Positions 62,088-64,000 of a stretch of DNA of 64,000 nucleotides are shown here, piece by piece (position 1 is the stretch's first letter; every line of letters begins with the position of its first letter). The translations under genes and the position numbers were made by a program. The notes under the pieces were generated by a model. It had not been told where the DNA came from, ran no database searches, and was given only the letters and a program-made list of their open reading frames with translations. The DNA comes from Minutocellus sp. GHC0000111 (lineage: Eukaryota). Where the stretch lies: the NCBI GenBank assembly GCA_977018835.1, contig OZ361258.1, positions 1,426,001 through 1,490,000 on the forward strand, read 5' to 3'.

Positions 62088-63074
62088 GTGCTGTGCTGGC
62101 TGCTTTTCCCTTCGGTCTCTTCATCACGTGCCAATGCCAATGATGAAACTGCCCCCGAATCTCTGAGTGACGATTGCCTCTATCATATCTTGCTTCTCGC
62201 CGGGCCAAGGGCATCGGTAACCCTTGGCCTTACATATTCGTATGCATACAACAAAGTGTTTTCGTCCCTCGTGACCAGCTCTCGAGTTTGGAAGGTGTTT
62301 GCCAACCAGAGATGGGGTAAAGCATGTGCGCAATTTATATCGGACGCCGATATCAGTGATCCCGCCGCCACTGGCACTAGTAGAAATGCAGGCGAAGAAG
62401 ACGACGCGCCCTCACCATCGTCAGCGTCGCCATGGTATGGCTACTACCGCCAGCGATGCTCGTCATTTCCAAACCGTCCAAAACAGATTTCGCACCTCGA
62501 TCTCATCCAAGAGCACTATGCATCCGACCCGTATCGCCTCCTTACTGTATGCATTCTGTGCTCTCGAACCAGCGGTGGTTACCTTGTCAGAACCACCGCA
62601 GGACAATTTCTGGAAAAATATCCGACGCCCACATCTGTGCTGGAAGAGGAGGATATGGATGCCATGGCGAAATTGCTTCATCCTCTGGGTCTGAACCGAG
62701 AACGGACGATGAAGCGATTTGTACACGACTTCCTTGGTCCGTGGACCGATGTCAAGGAGCTGCATGGATGCGGCCTTTTTGCCAAGGCTAGCTTTGACGT
62801 CTTTTGTCGAGGAGACTATAAGGCAGTTTTGAAGGACAAGAAAGCCGATCGGAATGTCAAGGCGTATGCTGCCTTCGTTAGGCGGCTGCTTGCCAATGGT
62901 GGAGACGAGGAAGCCGGGGCGATGGAGGAGGCCGAAGCAATGGAGGAGGAGATGAAAAGGAAGGCGAAGGAGGCAAAGAAACGTAAGCCACCCCGAGATC
63001 GGAGCAAGCCGATACCGGCCAAGAAGAAGCAGAGAGCGGGGACACGGAAATCGCCTAGGAACTCTAAGAAATGA
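62088..63074 (+). CDS. MBD4-like HhH DNA glycosylase with an F-box-like N-terminus; start codon unresolved
   Basis: LIQEHYASDPYRLLTVCILCSRTSG, FLEKYPTP, LHPLGL, W.DVKELHGCG, FCRGD, DRNV; LSDDCLYHIL..VWK..RW. No in-frame ATG before the domain. Confidence 0.75.
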   Translation: MLCWLLFPSVSSSRANANDETAPESLSDDCLYHILLLAGPRASVTLGLTYSYAYNKVFSSLVTSSRVWKVFANQRWGKACAQFISDADISDPAATGTSRNAGEEDDAPSPSSASPWYGYYRQRCSSFPNRPKQISHLDLIQEHYASDPYRLLTVCILCSRTSGGYLVRTTAGQFLEKYPTPTSVLEEEDMDAMAKLLHPLGLNRERTMKRFVHDFLGPWTDVKELHGCGLFAKASFDVFCRGDYKAVLKDKKADRNVKAYAAFVRRLLANGGDEEAGAMEEAEAMEEEMKRKAKEAKKRKPPRDRSKPIPAKKKQRAGTRKSPRNSKK

Positions 63075-63168
63075 ATAAGTTTATTCAAGTTTTACAAAAT
63101 TTTATGTTGCATAGCTCGCGCTTTAGCTTGTACATGGTGGATAATCTGGAATTTGGTTGACCAAATCC

Positions 63169-63606
63169 TCACATCACCACACATTTATTGCTGATTGTCT
63201 CCTGTTGTTTTCGTATTTCTACCTTCATCTTATTGATTGAGTTGCTCCGAAGTCGACCTAAACTCTGAAACGACGAGTCCAAATCAGTGGCAGCATCATC
63301 GGCATCACCTTCCGATTCATCCTTTTCGGTGAGAAATAACACCAGCTCCTTTTCATCACCCTGCAAGGTTTCATCAGGATCAACGCCCACGCATGCCTCC
63401 GATACCGGCAATTCGTCCTCGTCGAGCAGATATCCGTGCCAAAAGAGTCGATGATGGTCCAGCACAACCTCGATCGGTATTTCGCAGTGGGTGGCAATCA
63501 TGTGCTTCACATCTCCAATAGCTATTTTTTTAATGTCCTGCTCCCCAAGGTCGATGCTCCCATCTTGTAATATTGACAGTGCTGAGCGGACGTACAGTCG
63601 GGTCAT
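63169..63606 (-). CDS. Small ubiquitin-fold protein with a C-terminal CaaX box (MUB/UBL3-like)
   Basis: IGDVKHMIA...IP.E..RLFWHGYLLDED ubiquitin-like pattern; ends in CVVM. Confidence 0.65.
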   Translation of the reverse strand: MTRLYVRSALSILQDGSIDLGEQDIKKIAIGDVKHMIATHCEIPIEVVLDHHRLFWHGYLLDEDELPVSEACVGVDPDETLQGDEKELVLFLTEKDESEGDADDAATDLDSSFQSLGRLRSNSINKMKVEIRKQQETISNKCVVM

Positions 63607-64000
63607 TTTTTGTTAGCCGCGGTGGTGGCGAGGTGATGGGGAATTGAATGAGAGCGAATGGCTGTAAGGCTCGAACGGACAAAACTGGTAAACGGTCACT
63701 TGCGGGTATCCTTTTCTTTGTCTCTGCAAAGCAACCTTTTCGCTCGGTATCCGTGCAGCGCTTCAACCGAGAGCAGCAGGAAGTAGAGAGGCACGTGATG
63801 TGTTGTGGTTTGAACCAGCCAGGTGGATGGCCGGGCGGTTTGAACTGCGGGCCGGCAGTCAAAAGTTTGCGGGATCAACTCTGGTCCCGCTTTTACTTCT
63901 CTGTACGTAGCTTCATCCTTGCCACATCATGCATGGCCACCGCACCGAACGGCCGGTCGAAAGTAACATTCGCTCGGTTCGGTTGTATCTCCCGTCGCCC

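Overview
Eukaryotic nuclear DNA, most likely a diatom or related stramenopile. This is inferred from short GT-AG introns, compact intergenic spacers, PPR genes and RxL-bearing Pro/Thr-rich membrane proteins. About 29 protein-coding loci are present, plus a 744-bp MITE with 59-bp terminal inverted repeats and a second degenerate inverted-repeat element. No rRNA, tRNA or CRISPR array was recognised. Three observations stand out. (1) An intact divergent gene pair at 23.5-26.6 kb: a protein resembling a diverged tRNA-dependent cyclodipeptide synthase (CDPS) fold and a PhyH-type Fe(II)/2-oxoglutarate dioxygenase, separated by a spacer with a 31-bp triple repeat. This is a candidate two-gene biosynthetic module. 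(2) Roughly a third of the genes carry stops, frameshifts, deletions or duplications, suggesting a decaying haplotype or duplicated segment, although assembly error is not excluded. (3) A ~2380-aa fusion of an XPG/Asteroid-like nuclease domain, a DEAH RNA helicase and zinc fingers. All family calls come from motif recognition by eye; no database searches were run.
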